This document shows positions 7,377-16,020 of a DNA stretch of 59,237 bases, piece by piece; within the stretch, counting starts at the first letter, position 1; the number at the start of each line of letters is the position of its first letter. The stretch covers positions 1 to 59,237 of IMG/VR virus record IMGVR_UViG_3300036852_000085; one strand, written 5' to 3'. The notes under the pieces are model-generated. The model did no database searches, was not told where the DNA came from, and worked only from the letters and a program-made list of their open reading frames with translations. The DNA comes from a virus. Lineage: Duplodnaviria > Caudoviricetes. A program made the position numbers and the translations under genes.

Positions 7377-8017
7377 CCGAGTATCAGAAGATTCCAGCCC
7401 CGTTCAAGCGACACGTTGAGGGTCCGAACCGCAACAAGCTGATCATCGGCGAGTGGAGCAGTCCTGAACTGGCGGCCCTGAAGAACATCAACTGGATCTG
7501 GACCGAGAAGGTTGACGGCACGAACATCAGGGTTATCTGGGATGGCCACAAGGTCCGGTTCGGTGGTCGCACTGACGCTGCGCAGATCCCAGCCAAGCTG
7601 ATCTCCGTACTTCAGGAGAAGTTCCCTGAGGAGTTACTGGAGGAGGCTTTTGGAGCCACGCCCGCAGTCCTCTACGGGGAGGGTTACGGAGCTGGGATTC
7701 AGTCCGGTGGTGTCTACCGGTCAGACATGAGCTTCGTTCTGTTCGACGTCAAGATCGACTCATGGTGGCTGCTACGGGCCAACGTGGAAGACATCGCGGT
7801 GGCCAAGCTGGGCATTGACGTGGTCCCCATCCTCTGGGTTGGCACGATCGAGGACGCGATTGCCCAAGTCCAAGCTGGTCTACAGTCTGCCTGGCGGCCG
7901 GCAACTCGACCCGAGCAAACTTGGGCCGAAGGCCTGGTTGGCGTGACCCAGGCCGGTCTGCTGGATCGTGGCGGAAACCGTATCATCGTGAAGATCAAGA
8001 CGAAGGATTTCCGGTGA
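7373..8017 (+). CDS. ATP-dependent RNA ligase (Rnl2-like nucleotidyltransferase)
   Basis: Motif I EKVDGTN, III LYGEGYG, IIIa FVLFDV, IV EGLVG, V KIK; ATGA overlap gives start 7373. Confidence 0.88.
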   Translation: MTEYQKIPAPFKRHVEGPNRNKLIIGEWSSPELAALKNINWIWTEKVDGTNIRVIWDGHKVRFGGRTDAAQIPAKLISVLQEKFPEELLEEAFGATPAVLYGEGYGAGIQSGGVYRSDMSFVLFDVKIDSWWLLRANVEDIAVAKLGIDVVPILWVGTIEDAIAQVQAGLQSAWRPATRPEQTWAEGLVGVTQAGLLDRGGNRIIVKIKTKDFR

Positions 8018-8205
8018 CCAGTTCCAGTGAGGAACGGCGAGCCAGGCTCCATCCGACCTGCTCAGACCAGGTCAGCGTGACGTTCATGTACCCGATGGGG
8101 GATGACGTCTTCCTGATTGAGCGAGGGGGGGAGGCGTCCCTGGTGGACAGTGCTAACCTGAGGTCCTTGCTGAAACAACTATCGGGAGAGGACGTCTTGC
8201 CATGA
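8014..8205 (+). CDS. Hypothetical protein
   Basis: GTGA and ATGA overlaps with both neighbours. Confidence 0.6.
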   Translation: MTSSSEERRARLHPTCSDQVSVTFMYPMGDDVFLIERGGEASLVDSANLRSLLKQLSGEDVLP

Positions 8206-8489
8206 GCAACTGGGAGAACGCGCTGTGGGAGGAATTGGCTGCCATGTCCAGCGTGGACCAGATCAAGGCCACGGCAAGCTGGATCGCCGACATCACGCAC
8301 AGCCTGCTCCCAGCTCTTGCTGCACGACGGCGTGAGCAGATCCTGTTCACGATGAACCTGCCAGGCTGGGACGCACAGCGTGTGGCCGAGACGATCGGGT
8401 CCCGGCGTACCACGATCTCCAGGCTGGCGGAAGAAGCTCGGCGGGAAGCCAGAAGTTCTGGCGATACCCCTCCCCCTGCGATAGACTGA
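8202..8489 (+). CDS. HTH DNA-binding protein
   Basis: GWDAQRVAETIGSRRTTISRL helix-turn-helix pattern. Confidence 0.75.
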   Translation: MSNWENALWEELAAMSSVDQIKATASWIADITHSLLPALAARRREQILFTMNLPGWDAQRVAETIGSRRTTISRLAEEARREARSSGDTPPPAID

Positions 8490-8493
8490 GGGC

Positions 8494-8681
8494 ACGGCGA
8501 GCCGCAGGGCCTGCTGGGCATGAGTCGCATGAGAACGCGCAGACGTCAAACCACAGTCTCCTGACGCACCCCCGGCAAGGATGCCCATGATGTCCAGACT
8601 GAGCGGACTAGGTATACCTGCGTCTGCGTAGCATCACTGAGGGACCAGCCTGTCGATACCAGGCTGGTCCCTCAGCTCTTT
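8494..8681 (+). ncRNA. Candidate ~185-nt structured ncRNA
   Basis: Promoter TGGCGA-N17-TAGACT upstream, several complementary blocks, 16-bp terminal hairpin, no convincing ORF. Confidence 0.45.
8637..8681 (+). terminator. Intrinsic terminator-like hairpin
   Basis: ctgagggaccagcctg-N7-caggctggtccctcag followed by ctcttt. Confidence 0.75.
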
Positions 8682-8694
8682 CGAGGAGGACGCA

Positions 8695-9009
8695 GTGGCT
8701 CATATCCCGTTGGACCAGGACACCTACGAGGCCTGCCAGCTTTCGCTGCGTAGTGCTCGGATCCACGGCCTCGATCCGATCGAGACACTGCACCGGGCAG
8801 ATCTGATCATGAGCCCGATGGCTGCCACCAGGTTGCAACTGGAGACGGTCATGACGTTGATCAGAATGTTGGAGGATGTCAAGCCTCATGAGTTGCTGCG
8901 GCGCAAGTTCCGAGCCGGCGCGGCCTGCACGCCTGACGACATGGTGATCTGCGTGCTGGACTTCATCAGAGAGTACTGGGAGATGATCAAGAAAGATGGC
9001 GAAGGATGA
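8695..9009 (+). CDS. Hypothetical protein
   Basis: GAGGAGG RBS, GTG start. Confidence 0.8.
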   Translation: MAHIPLDQDTYEACQLSLRSARIHGLDPIETLHRADLIMSPMAATRLQLETVMTLIRMLEDVKPHELLRRKFRAGAACTPDDMVICVLDFIREYWEMIKKDGEG

Positions 9010-9178
9010 TCCACTTCATGTAAAGCTCGACTGGTTTGTCGACGTGGGCTGTTGGTCAGCTTTCGTCGGGGCGTTCTTCATGTTCTACGACCTCTGGGCG
9101 CTCATCGCCTTCCTTGGAGGATGCGCCATGCTTGGTACGTACCTGATCATCAAGCGTGCAGAAACACGCCATGGATGA
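8996..9178 (+). CDS. Two-TM membrane protein
   Basis: Two hydrophobic helices. Confidence 0.7.
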   Translation: MAKDDPLHVKLDWFVDVGCWSAFVGAFFMFYDLWALIAFLGGCAMLGTYLIIKRAETRHG

Positions 9179-9419
9179 TCCGAGCCTCTTCTGCGACAAC
9201 TTTAGCCGCTGCCGTCGGCTCTACATAGGTCGGGGTAGTCCAGAGAAGACCAGGGCAGCCGCCCGGGCCCGGGGCTGGCACTTCTACGAGGGCCCGAACT
9301 TCGATGGGTCCAGGCAGCTCAGCGTCAGCCTGTGTTCTGAGTGCGCTCAGGCTGATCGGCGGGCGTTGCCGAAGGCCGGGGCACCCTTGGAAGGCCAGAC
9401 CGGACTGTTCGAGGAGTGA
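9171..9419 (+). CDS. Small Zn-binding protein
   Basis: CDxxxxC...ARARGW...LCSEC. Confidence 0.75.
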   Translation: MDDPSLFCDNFSRCRRLYIGRGSPEKTRAAARARGWHFYEGPNFDGSRQLSVSLCSECAQADRRALPKAGAPLEGQTGLFEE

Positions 9420-9421
9420 TC

Positions 9422-9529
9422 ATGGCTTTGCACGCGGCCGTCGGAGCGTTGATCTTGGTGGTGTTGATTGCCCTGGTCTTCGCGTTGTTCGGCAACTTCA
9501 ATGACCCTAAAAATGATCTCCACGATTGA
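9422..9529 (+). CDS. 35-aa single-TM peptide
   Basis: Translated by hand: MALHAAVGALILVVLIALVFALFGNFNDPKNDLHD; GAGGAG RBS. Confidence 0.6.
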   Translation: MALHAAVGALILVVLIALVFALFGNFNDPKNDLHD

Positions 9530-9536
9530 GGAATCA

Positions 9537-9740
9537 ATGGCCGTCGGAGATATTCACACCTACCCGGACGGGTACAGCTTCCAAGAAACCTTGCACGGCC
9601 CGATGGCCTGGGGAGTATGCGTGGACTGCGGCAAGCCGGCGGCCGAGGCCCTGTGCAACCGAGACAAGGTCGTAGCCGGGGTGCCGCCTACCCGATGTGG
9701 GAGCTGCGCTCGACGTCATCATGGCCTGGGACTGGTCTGA
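9537..9740 (+). CDS. Small Zn-ribbon protein
   Basis: CVDCG...RCGSC; GAGG RBS. Confidence 0.7.
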   Translation: MAVGDIHTYPDGYSFQETLHGPMAWGVCVDCGKPAAEALCNRDKVVAGVPPTRCGSCARRHHGLGLV

Positions 9741-9742
9741 GG

Positions 9743-9778
9743 TTGTCCCCAGGGCTCCCCCTGGGTAGTATGGGATTC
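9743..9778 (+). promoter_or_regulatory. Leaderless sigma-A-type promoter
   Basis: TTGTCC-N17(ccagggctccccctggg)-TAGTAT-N7-ATG(9779). Confidence 0.7.
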
Positions 9779-9928
9779 ATGATTCTTCTCTACGGCGCCG
9801 CCATGATTCCGGCAGTCTTCCTGCTGAGTCTCGGGGCGGTGCTGTTTCTGTTGACCACGATCACCCCCACTGAACCCCCAGGTGAACTTGTACCTGTGGC
9901 TGATCTTCTGACGGAGGAGGATCTCTGA
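9779..9928 (+). CDS. 49-aa membrane peptide
   Basis: MILLYGAAMIPAVFLL...; leaderless start; TGATG coupling to the next gene. Confidence 0.65.
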   Translation: MILLYGAAMIPAVFLLSLGAVLFLLTTITPTEPPGELVPVADLLTEEDL

Positions 9929-10344
9929 TGCTTGACATGAATCCGGAAATCAGAGCTAGATGGACGGCCGCTCTGCGTAGCGGCGAGTTCGTGCAGGGCA
10001 TTGAATATCTCGCTTACAACGACCCGAACAGTGGCCAGCGCAAGAACTGTTGCATGGGTGTGCTGTGCGAGTTGGCCCTTGAGGAAGGCGTTGTGACCAG
10101 CCAACTGATCAATGAGATCGTTGGTTATGGCGACGGAAATGAAATGCGAGTTCTTCCCGGGGAGGTCCTGGAGTGGGCTGGCCTATATGAGCAAAACCCA
10201 GCACTGCGCCCCTATCAACGAGGTGATTACCACTGGCGTGGGATCGGGAGCCAGATGACCTGCTCTGACGCCAACGATGGTGAGCGTCTGAGCTTCAGTG
10301 AGATTGCCGACCTGATTGACGGAGGCGTTGATGCCAGTTCCTGA
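9928..10344 (+). CDS. Phage hypothetical protein (WxxALRSGxxxQG...CCxGVLC family)
   Basis: Recognisable motifs plus a C-terminal NDG..FSEIADLI. Confidence 0.85.
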   Translation: MLDMNPEIRARWTAALRSGEFVQGIEYLAYNDPNSGQRKNCCMGVLCELALEEGVVTSQLINEIVGYGDGNEMRVLPGEVLEWAGLYEQNPALRPYQRGDYHWRGIGSQMTCSDANDGERLSFSEIADLIDGGVDASS

Positions 10345-10696
10345 CCTGCACACCGAGGAACCGAAGGTCGAAGTTTCGCCGGGCCTGTATCAGTCCTGGC
10401 GTGAGGCTGAGGACAACGCAGCGGCCTGGAAGAAGGTGGCCCAGGAGCGCCGCGATGCCCTGGAGCAGGCCCTGGGCGACGCGCACGCTGGGACTGTCGA
10501 GGGCCGGCTGGTCGTGACCTACCGTCCCAGCGAGAAGTGGGCCACGGCGGCTCTGATCAAGGCGTACCCGGATCTGACGCAGCACTACATGCGTCGCAAG
10601 GAGAGCCAGGAGCTGGACCTGGAGTTGTTCCGTCGGGCGTACCCAGAGATTGCTGAAGCGTTCCGGGTCCGAGTGTTTAGGGATGCTGGATCATGA
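10331..10696 (+). CDS. Coiled-coil hypothetical protein
   Basis: GGAGG RBS; resembles the C-terminal portion of YqaJ-type phage nucleases (weak). Confidence 0.7.
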   Translation: MPVPDLHTEEPKVEVSPGLYQSWREAEDNAAAWKKVAQERRDALEQALGDAHAGTVEGRLVVTYRPSEKWATAALIKAYPDLTQHYMRRKESQELDLELFRRAYPEIAEAFRVRVFRDAGS

Positions 10697-10995
10697 TCGT
10701 TTACGTGAGCATTGGCAACAGCGATAACAAGCTGACTCAAAAGGAGTGGGCTGACTTCATCGCAGATGTTGAAGACGACATTCAAGGTTCAATAGCTAGT
10801 ATTCATGAATCTTGGCTCTCTGCTTCTGATGTACCTTGGCAGAACGCCTGCTGGTGTATCGAGCTGGATGAGACTGCCTTCAATTTCAAGATCCAGGTGC
10901 AGCGACTGAAGGGAAACCTGCGCTCGCATGCTCAGGCTTACAGGCAAGATTCGATTGCTTGGGCTGAGGTCAAGGAAACAGAGTTCCTCGGATGA
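10693..10995 (+). CDS. Actinophage hypothetical protein
   Basis: VYVSIGNSDNKLTQxEW...PWQNACW...YRQDSIAW. Confidence 0.8.
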   Translation: MIVYVSIGNSDNKLTQKEWADFIADVEDDIQGSIASIHESWLSASDVPWQNACWCIELDETAFNFKIQVQRLKGNLRSHAQAYRQDSIAWAEVKETEFLG

Positions 10996-11756
10996 TCATC
11001 ACCGTCTACGGTGATCCTGCGCCCCAGGGGTCCAAGCGAGCCCTGGGGCGTAGCCCTGCCGGCAAATCCATCATGGTCGAGAACTCCACCAAGGTCATTC
11101 CTTGGCGTAATGACGTCAAGAACGCCGCCGAGCGGGCCGTTGCGGCTCTGGGCATGCCACCACCCATGGACGGCCCCCTGCTGGCCAGGATGGTGTTCAC
11201 CTATCCGAGGCCGAAGAGCCATTTCGGTACTGGGAAGAACTCGGACCGGCTTCGCCCGGATGCTCCGGAGCGTCCCTGCACCGTGCCCGACCTGTCTAAG
11301 CTGGTGCGCTCCACCGAGGATGCGATCAAGGGCCTGGTCTGGGTTGACGATGCCCGGGTAAGCGAGTACAGCCGGGTGGCCAAGGTCTGGGTCAACGAGG
11401 ATATCGAGGCTCTGGACCGTCGAGGAGTCATCATCACCGTGGTCCCTATCGGTCGGCGCGACGACAACGGCAGTGAGATCCATGTTCTGGAGTCTGGTCA
11501 GACGCTGGTGACGCACAGCCTGGCGAACTGTCGACGTAACCCATGGTGTGTCATCCATGTGCCCCGTCCGGGGCCATGGGAGTCCTGGCCGAGACTGTGG
11601 CGCGACGATCGGATGATGATCGAGCGCGTGTGTCCGCACGGAGTGGGGCATCCAGCCGTGGAGCAGATCGAGTGGTTCCAGGAACACCCAGAACGGCATT
11701 CTCTTGATCACGGGTGCGACCTGTGTCCTTGCATGCCCAGGGAGTTAGGTAGATGA
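10992..11756 (+). CDS. rusA: RusA-like Holliday junction resolvase fused to a Cys/His-rich domain
   Basis: GDPAPQGSK, F.YPRPKSH and PDLSKLVRSTEDAI..VWVDDARV motifs; C-terminal CVIH..ERVCPHGVGHP..HGCDLC. Confidence 0.82.
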   Translation: MIITVYGDPAPQGSKRALGRSPAGKSIMVENSTKVIPWRNDVKNAAERAVAALGMPPPMDGPLLARMVFTYPRPKSHFGTGKNSDRLRPDAPERPCTVPDLSKLVRSTEDAIKGLVWVDDARVSEYSRVAKVWVNEDIEALDRRGVIITVVPIGRRDDNGSEIHVLESGQTLVTHSLANCRRNPWCVIHVPRPGPWESWPRLWRDDRMMIERVCPHGVGHPAVEQIEWFQEHPERHSLDHGCDLCPCMPRELGR

Positions 11757-12340
11757 TCATCAATATGTTGTGGATTGTCGGCTTGGTGGTGGCCGGCTGG
11801 TCCGGCCACATCCTCTACGTCGACATCAAGAACGACCTGAAGAGGTCAAGGCAGCGCAAACGCCAGGAACGCGAGGATGATGAAGTCCTACGCATCGTGT
11901 CAGGGCTCAGCGAAGATGATCCAGAGGTGGACGTGGGCTCCGAGGAGATCAAGCCAACGCTGCGGGAGCGCCTGGAAGACCGGTGGCTCAACTTGTGGCG
12001 TACCTCGGCCCCTCGTACAGCTGAGCAGGTAGCCGGAACCGGGTTTACGAGACTGTCCTTGCACGATCTCATCTACAGGTCGAAGGAAAAACCAGTGACC
12101 TATACGGGCAGACATCGGGCTGACAAGACGTTGCACATCCAGGGAGGCGAGGATGGCCTGCCGGTCGAAGAAGAAGCGGTACTCAGACGAGATCACGGCG
12201 AAGCTGGCCCTGGCCCGAGCGCGCAGGATGACGGGGTCATCGACTCGGGACGAGCGAAGAATCTACCGCTGCCCCTGGTGCAGGGGCTGGCATCTGACGA
12301 AGAAGAGGTAGTGATGGTAGGTGAACAACCAAACACGTAG
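11753..12340 (+). CDS. Membrane-anchored hypothetical protein (3' third overlaps another gene)
   Basis: N-terminal TM helix followed by a charged region and YTGRHR. Confidence 0.6.
   Translation: MIINMLWIVGLVVAGWSGHILYVDIKNDLKRSRQRKRQEREDDEVLRIVSGLSEDDPEVDVGSEEIKPTLRERLEDRWLNLWRTSAPRTAEQVAGTGFTRLSLHDLIYRSKEKPVTYTGRHRADKTLHIQGGEDGLPVEEEAVLRRDHGEAGPGPSAQDDGVIDSGRAKNLPLPLVQGLASDEEEVVMVGEQPNT
12153..12311 (+). CDS. 52-aa Zn-finger protein nested in another frame
   Basis: Translated by hand: MACRSKKKRYSDEITAKLAL...RIYRCPWCRGWHLTKKR; GGGAGG RBS. Confidence 0.78.
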   Translation: MACRSKKKRYSDEITAKLALARARRMTGSSTRDERRIYRCPWCRGWHLTKKR

Positions 12341-12560
12341 TTCCTTGGCCGTGGGCTGGTGCCCAGGCCATCAGAAGTTGCTGTACCCCAGCCGCAAGAT
12401 GGCTAAGGCGGCTGGACGCAAGATCCACGGGGCCTGCTTGTCGGAGTTCCTGTGTGAACTGCACGAGGGTGCCAACCTGTGGCACCTGGGCAACCTCCCA
12501 GCCAGTGTCCGGTCTGGGAAAATTGATCGCTCTCACATCATTCGTAGGACATTTTTATAA
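12321..12560 (+). CDS. Small Zn-finger protein
   Basis: WCPGHQKLLYPSRKMAK...FLC...WHLG. Confidence 0.75.
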   Translation: MNNQTRSSLAVGWCPGHQKLLYPSRKMAKAAGRKIHGACLSEFLCELHEGANLWHLGNLPASVRSGKIDRSHIIRRTFL

Positions 12561-12580
12561 CCCCATAGGAATGAATATTC

Positions 12581-13030
12581 ATGATCCCCGAAGAGGTAAC
12601 GTTCAGTAGATCTGAGCAGTTCGCCGTGTTCACCGTCACCGCGCTGAACATCCTTCAGACCAAGTACTGCTGCCCGGACTGTTGTCCACAGTGCTTCGTC
12701 CTGGCGTCCCTGCTCACCTCAGGAGAGCTGGACGACATCATCAACGAGGCCCCACGATGGGTGCCCAGAGAATTCACCTGGCACTTTCTGACAGGAACCA
12801 CAACCGCCAAGGTCAATCGACGCTGGCTCTACAGCCGCTGGGATCCCCAGCAGAACCATTGCTCCTGCAACTTCGACCCCGACGACCCGGAGCTGAACCT
12901 GAAGGCCCCGGAGTCGCTACAACGCCCGACCCGCCGGCCAGGTCCTCGCACAGCCAAAGTCAAGGCATGTGAGGTCCACCGGCAAGCAAGGAAGAAGTGC
13001 ACCTGCTCGGCTGAGCCGGCAGTGATCTGA
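12581..13030 (+). CDS. Cys-rich hypothetical protein
   Basis: AGGA RBS; CCPDCCPQC, HCSC and CEVH..CTC. Confidence 0.75.
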   Translation: MIPEEVTFSRSEQFAVFTVTALNILQTKYCCPDCCPQCFVLASLLTSGELDDIINEAPRWVPREFTWHFLTGTTTAKVNRRWLYSRWDPQQNHCSCNFDPDDPELNLKAPESLQRPTRRPGPRTAKVKACEVHRQARKKCTCSAEPAVI

Positions 13031-13036
13031 TCAAGT

Positions 13037-13064
13037 GAGGGCCATCTCCTAGGAGGTGGCCCTC
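13037..13064. terminator. Hairpin at the convergence of the accessory arm and the lysis genes
   Basis: gagggccatctcc-ta-ggaggtggccctc. Confidence 0.6.
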
Positions 13065-13387
13065 GTTGGTATCCGGAACCGGCCACGGTTGCTGTGGGCC
13101 GGCAGAGTGTGCCACACCGGATCAGGAACCCGAGTCTCCGGTAGCCCCAGCGCCAGGAAGCAGGCCCCGGCGAGCTTCATGGCCCGACCATGGCACCACC
13201 ATTGGTCCCGGGCGGAGACGGTGAAGCTGAACGACAGGATCCCCAGGGCCTCCCCGGTCACCTGAGGGTCGTTGTACCACCAGTACTGCTTGCAGCGCCG
13301 CTGGAGGATCACGTTGACAGTGTCGTGGCCCTCAGGGTGCTCCCAGGGGCCCGGCACTGTGAACTCGTAGCGACGATGCGTGGTCAT
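13049..13387 (-). CDS. Hypothetical protein
   Basis: ATGA overlap with the upstream holin-like gene. Confidence 0.75.
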   Translation of the reverse strand: MTTHRRYEFTVPGPWEHPEGHDTVNVILQRRCKQYWWYNDPQVTGEALGILSFSFTVSARDQWWCHGRAMKLAGACFLALGLPETRVPDPVWHTLPAHSNRGRFRIPTRATS

Positions 13388-13791
13388 GGCTGAGGGATAT
13401 AGGCTGCCGGGCTTCCGTCACCGTTGCGGACCACTAGGGGATTGATCGAATTGTCTGATGGAACTGGCGATGCTGGCCGGTTGTCCAGCTCTACCATGGT
13501 GGCCGGCTGGATCATCTTGGCGAGCTGAACCTCACGCTCGTGGCCAGCACGCAGGGCGTCCATGAGCTGACTCGTGTTGCCGTTGACCATGTTTTTCACT
13601 TCGTCAGTCTTCTGGTATACGGCCACACCGAGAGCGCCCAGGACGGGAAGAGAGCACAACCCTAAGAGAGAGATCAGCGCACTGGCGTCCTTATTCATGG
13701 CGGTCAGTGAAATAGCTCCGGCCATGAGAACAATGACAATGACCACTGAAGCCCAGATGGCGTGCGGATTCTTCATCACCTGCATACCCAA
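13384..13791 (-). CDS. Putative holin (2 TM)
   Basis: Two TM helices, VNGN coiled motif, directly downstream of the lysin. Confidence 0.7.
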   Translation of the reverse strand: MGMQVMKNPHAIWASVVIVIVLMAGAISLTAMNKDASALISLLGLCSLPVLGALGVAVYQKTDEVKNMVNGNTSQLMDALRAGHEREVQLAKMIQPATMVELDNRPASPVPSDNSINPLVVRNGDGSPAAYIPQP

Positions 13792-13803
13792 TCTTGACTG
13801 ATT

Positions 13804-14640
13804 CTAGGGCGCCTTGTCGATTCGAGCGGTCACCGTCACACCGTCCAGGGCGGAAGCCGCGCCATCATGGGCTGCTGTGGTAATGGCGGTGAGTTGCTCT
13901 GAGGTCAGGTCGATCCCCAGTCCGGTCAGCGCTGTCTGAATGGCCGTTAAGGCTCCAGTGATAGCCGTGATTCGAGCATCCAGATTCAGCTTGTTAGCCA
14001 CATAGTCGCCACGCAGGGCGGCCAGGTAGGCATTGTCGGCCATGGCGCTGAGGACCTGCTCCACGGTCTGACCTTTATGGGTGCCTGAGGTGAACTTCTC
14101 TTCCAGCATGTCAGCTCCTGTCAGCATGGCGAAGACGTCGCTGTGGTCCTCGCTGACCCGTTTCCGGTCAAAGGATAGGTGAAGGTGGACCAGGTGACTG
14201 GAGTCTGATGTGGCCAGGATGTTGCGGATGTTGTCATAACCGTCGACTCGCTGGTCACCGTTGATGTTGCCGTACCACTCGGTGATTTTTTCGAAGCGTC
14301 CTGAACGGATGGCGGCATCTACCCGCTGGCACATGGCCATCAGATCGTCCTGGGACAGGCCCCCGATGTCGATGGCGCAGACCCAGTTGACGTCCCCGGG
14401 TGACCGGTTTCCGGTCGTTTCAGACACTGAGTAGGACCTTGAGGTGCAGAAGTCAGAGTTGTGCACCCAAGCAGCTGAGCGGTGGTATCCGCGCAGATGG
14501 TTGGTGTCTCCACGCATGCCGACATCGTTGACCGGAACGTGCAGAGCTGCCCTTAGGTCGACGGCAAGCTTGTTCAGGGTGGGTGGGATGGACTCCTCGT
14601 TCCACCATGGTTCTGACTGAAGTTGCAGCAGCGTAGCCAC
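13804..14640 (-). CDS. Endolysin, M15-like Zn peptidase
   Basis: GDxNH..GYH, CAIDI and SSHLVHLHLS motifs; leaderless TACCCT-N6-GTG start. Confidence 0.75.
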   Translation of the reverse strand: MATLLQLQSEPWWNEESIPPTLNKLAVDLRAALHVPVNDVGMRGDTNHLRGYHRSAAWVHNSDFCTSRSYSVSETTGNRSPGDVNWVCAIDIGGLSQDDLMAMCQRVDAAIRSGRFEKITEWYGNINGDQRVDGYDNIRNILATSDSSHLVHLHLSFDRKRVSEDHSDVFAMLTGADMLEEKFTSGTHKGQTVEQVLSAMADNAYLAALRGDYVANKLNLDARITAITGALTAIQTALTGLGIDLTSEQLTAITTAAHDGAASALDGVTVTARIDKAP

Positions 14641-14655
14641 GATCTGAGGGTACCC

Positions 14656-14976
14656 CTACTGGATACGTAACACCCCTACCGGTTCCTCTGGGCTCTCGGG
14701 AGAGTCGACCACCTTGACCCAGATAACGTAGGTACCCACCGCCAGGGCGTGGCCGCCAGGACCAACCAGGCAGATGGCGTAGAAGTTGGAGCCGATCGTC
14801 TGCCAGGATCCGGTCACCAGGTCGGAGACGCCAGGATTGACCCCTGGTGCCATGAAGGCGAAGGAGACGTCGTCCCCGGTCGGGTCGACCAGGACTTCTC
14901 CGGCCACCACGTCACTGACCTGGACCCGTACATTGCGGGTCGACAGGACCGACATGGTCAACACTGGCCTGATCAT
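14656..14976 (-). CDS. Minor virion protein (Ig/BppU-like beta sandwich)
   Basis: GTYVIWVKVVDSPESP motif; position at the end of the tail module. Confidence 0.65.
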   Translation of the reverse strand: MIRPVLTMSVLSTRNVRVQVSDVVAGEVLVDPTGDDVSFAFMAPGVNPGVSDLVTGSWQTIGSNFYAICLVGPGGHALAVGTYVIWVKVVDSPESPEEPVGVLRIQ

Positions 14977-16013
14977 GAACAGCCTCCCTGGGGACACAAG
15001 ATTGGATCGCTGAACTGCCAGTCCAGTGTGGGGTCAGCGAACGCCCAGTCCAGGCTGGCGTCACCGAACGTGAAGCAGCCTCCCGTGGCTGAGCCCTCGA
15101 TGTGAAGGGATCGCGCCGAGTCCAGCTCGAAGGCACGAGCCAGCAGCAGCGTCTCCATAGTGATTACGCCGTTGGCCGTGTCGACCTCGCCGGCCTGGCC
15201 TATAGAGACACCCTCGCCTACGCTCAACGCCCGAGCTGAGTCCGTCTCAGCCGCCCTGGCCAACGCGAGAATTTCAGCAACGGTCAAGGCACGAGCCGTG
15301 TCCGTCTCGCTGGCCTGACCTAGGGTCAGCGTCTCAGAGATGGTCAGAGCCCGCGCTGAGTCTGTCTCCTGAGCCTGATCCAGGGTGACATTGGTGTCGG
15401 TCTGGGCCAGGAAGACCGACACCAGGATGTAGCGGTCAGAGACACTGTTCGTCCAGGACACCTGAGGCGTCTCGTCGTTGGTGCTGTCCGTACGGTAGCC
15501 GACAAAGCTCTGGACCTGGCCTATAGATGTCCCAGCGGCCTCGGTGTACCCGGTAGACCAGGCTGGGGTGACTGCTGTTCCAGCGCCAGCCCCGTGCAGG
15601 GCAGCGAAGGCTACAACGGTTTCGTTGGTGCCCTGAAGAGGGTCAGTGTCGATAGCGGGCGTGGATGTACCAGGAACGCCGTCAACCTGGGCGTGCTTGG
15701 CGATGTCCAGGCCGGTCAATCCGGAGAAGCGTAACCAGGTCAGCTGGGTGTCGAAGTTGCCTGAGGTGTTAATGCTGACGTCGGCCGTCTCCCCGCCGGA
15801 AGCTATCCGGTAGTACTGGTAGGAGCCTTGGGAGTTGATGAAGCTGGTGGCTTCGGTGAACCCGGCCGGCGGGACGTCGATGATGGTGTCGGAGTTGATG
15901 TTGAGAACATCGGTATCACCGACAGCGGGTGCCCCGGCGCTGAACGTACAAGTGTGACCTGAAGTGCCGTCATTGAAGGCATACGTCTGGCTGGCGAGCA
16001 GGGAGCCAGGCAT
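14973..16013 (-). CDS. Minor tail/fibre protein with five ~20-aa repeats
   Basis: L.QA.ETD[ST]ARAL[TS] repeated x5 in the C-terminal part. Confidence 0.75.
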   Translation of the reverse strand: MPGSLLASQTYAFNDGTSGHTCTFSAGAPAVGDTDVLNINSDTIIDVPPAGFTEATSFINSQGSYQYYRIASGGETADVSINTSGNFDTQLTWLRFSGLTGLDIAKHAQVDGVPGTSTPAIDTDPLQGTNETVVAFAALHGAGAGTAVTPAWSTGYTEAAGTSIGQVQSFVGYRTDSTNDETPQVSWTNSVSDRYILVSVFLAQTDTNVTLDQAQETDSARALTISETLTLGQASETDTARALTVAEILALARAAETDSARALSVGEGVSIGQAGEVDTANGVITMETLLLARAFELDSARSLHIEGSATGGCFTFGDASLDWAFADPTLDWQFSDPILCPQGGCS

Positions 16014-16020
16014 AGTTCAC

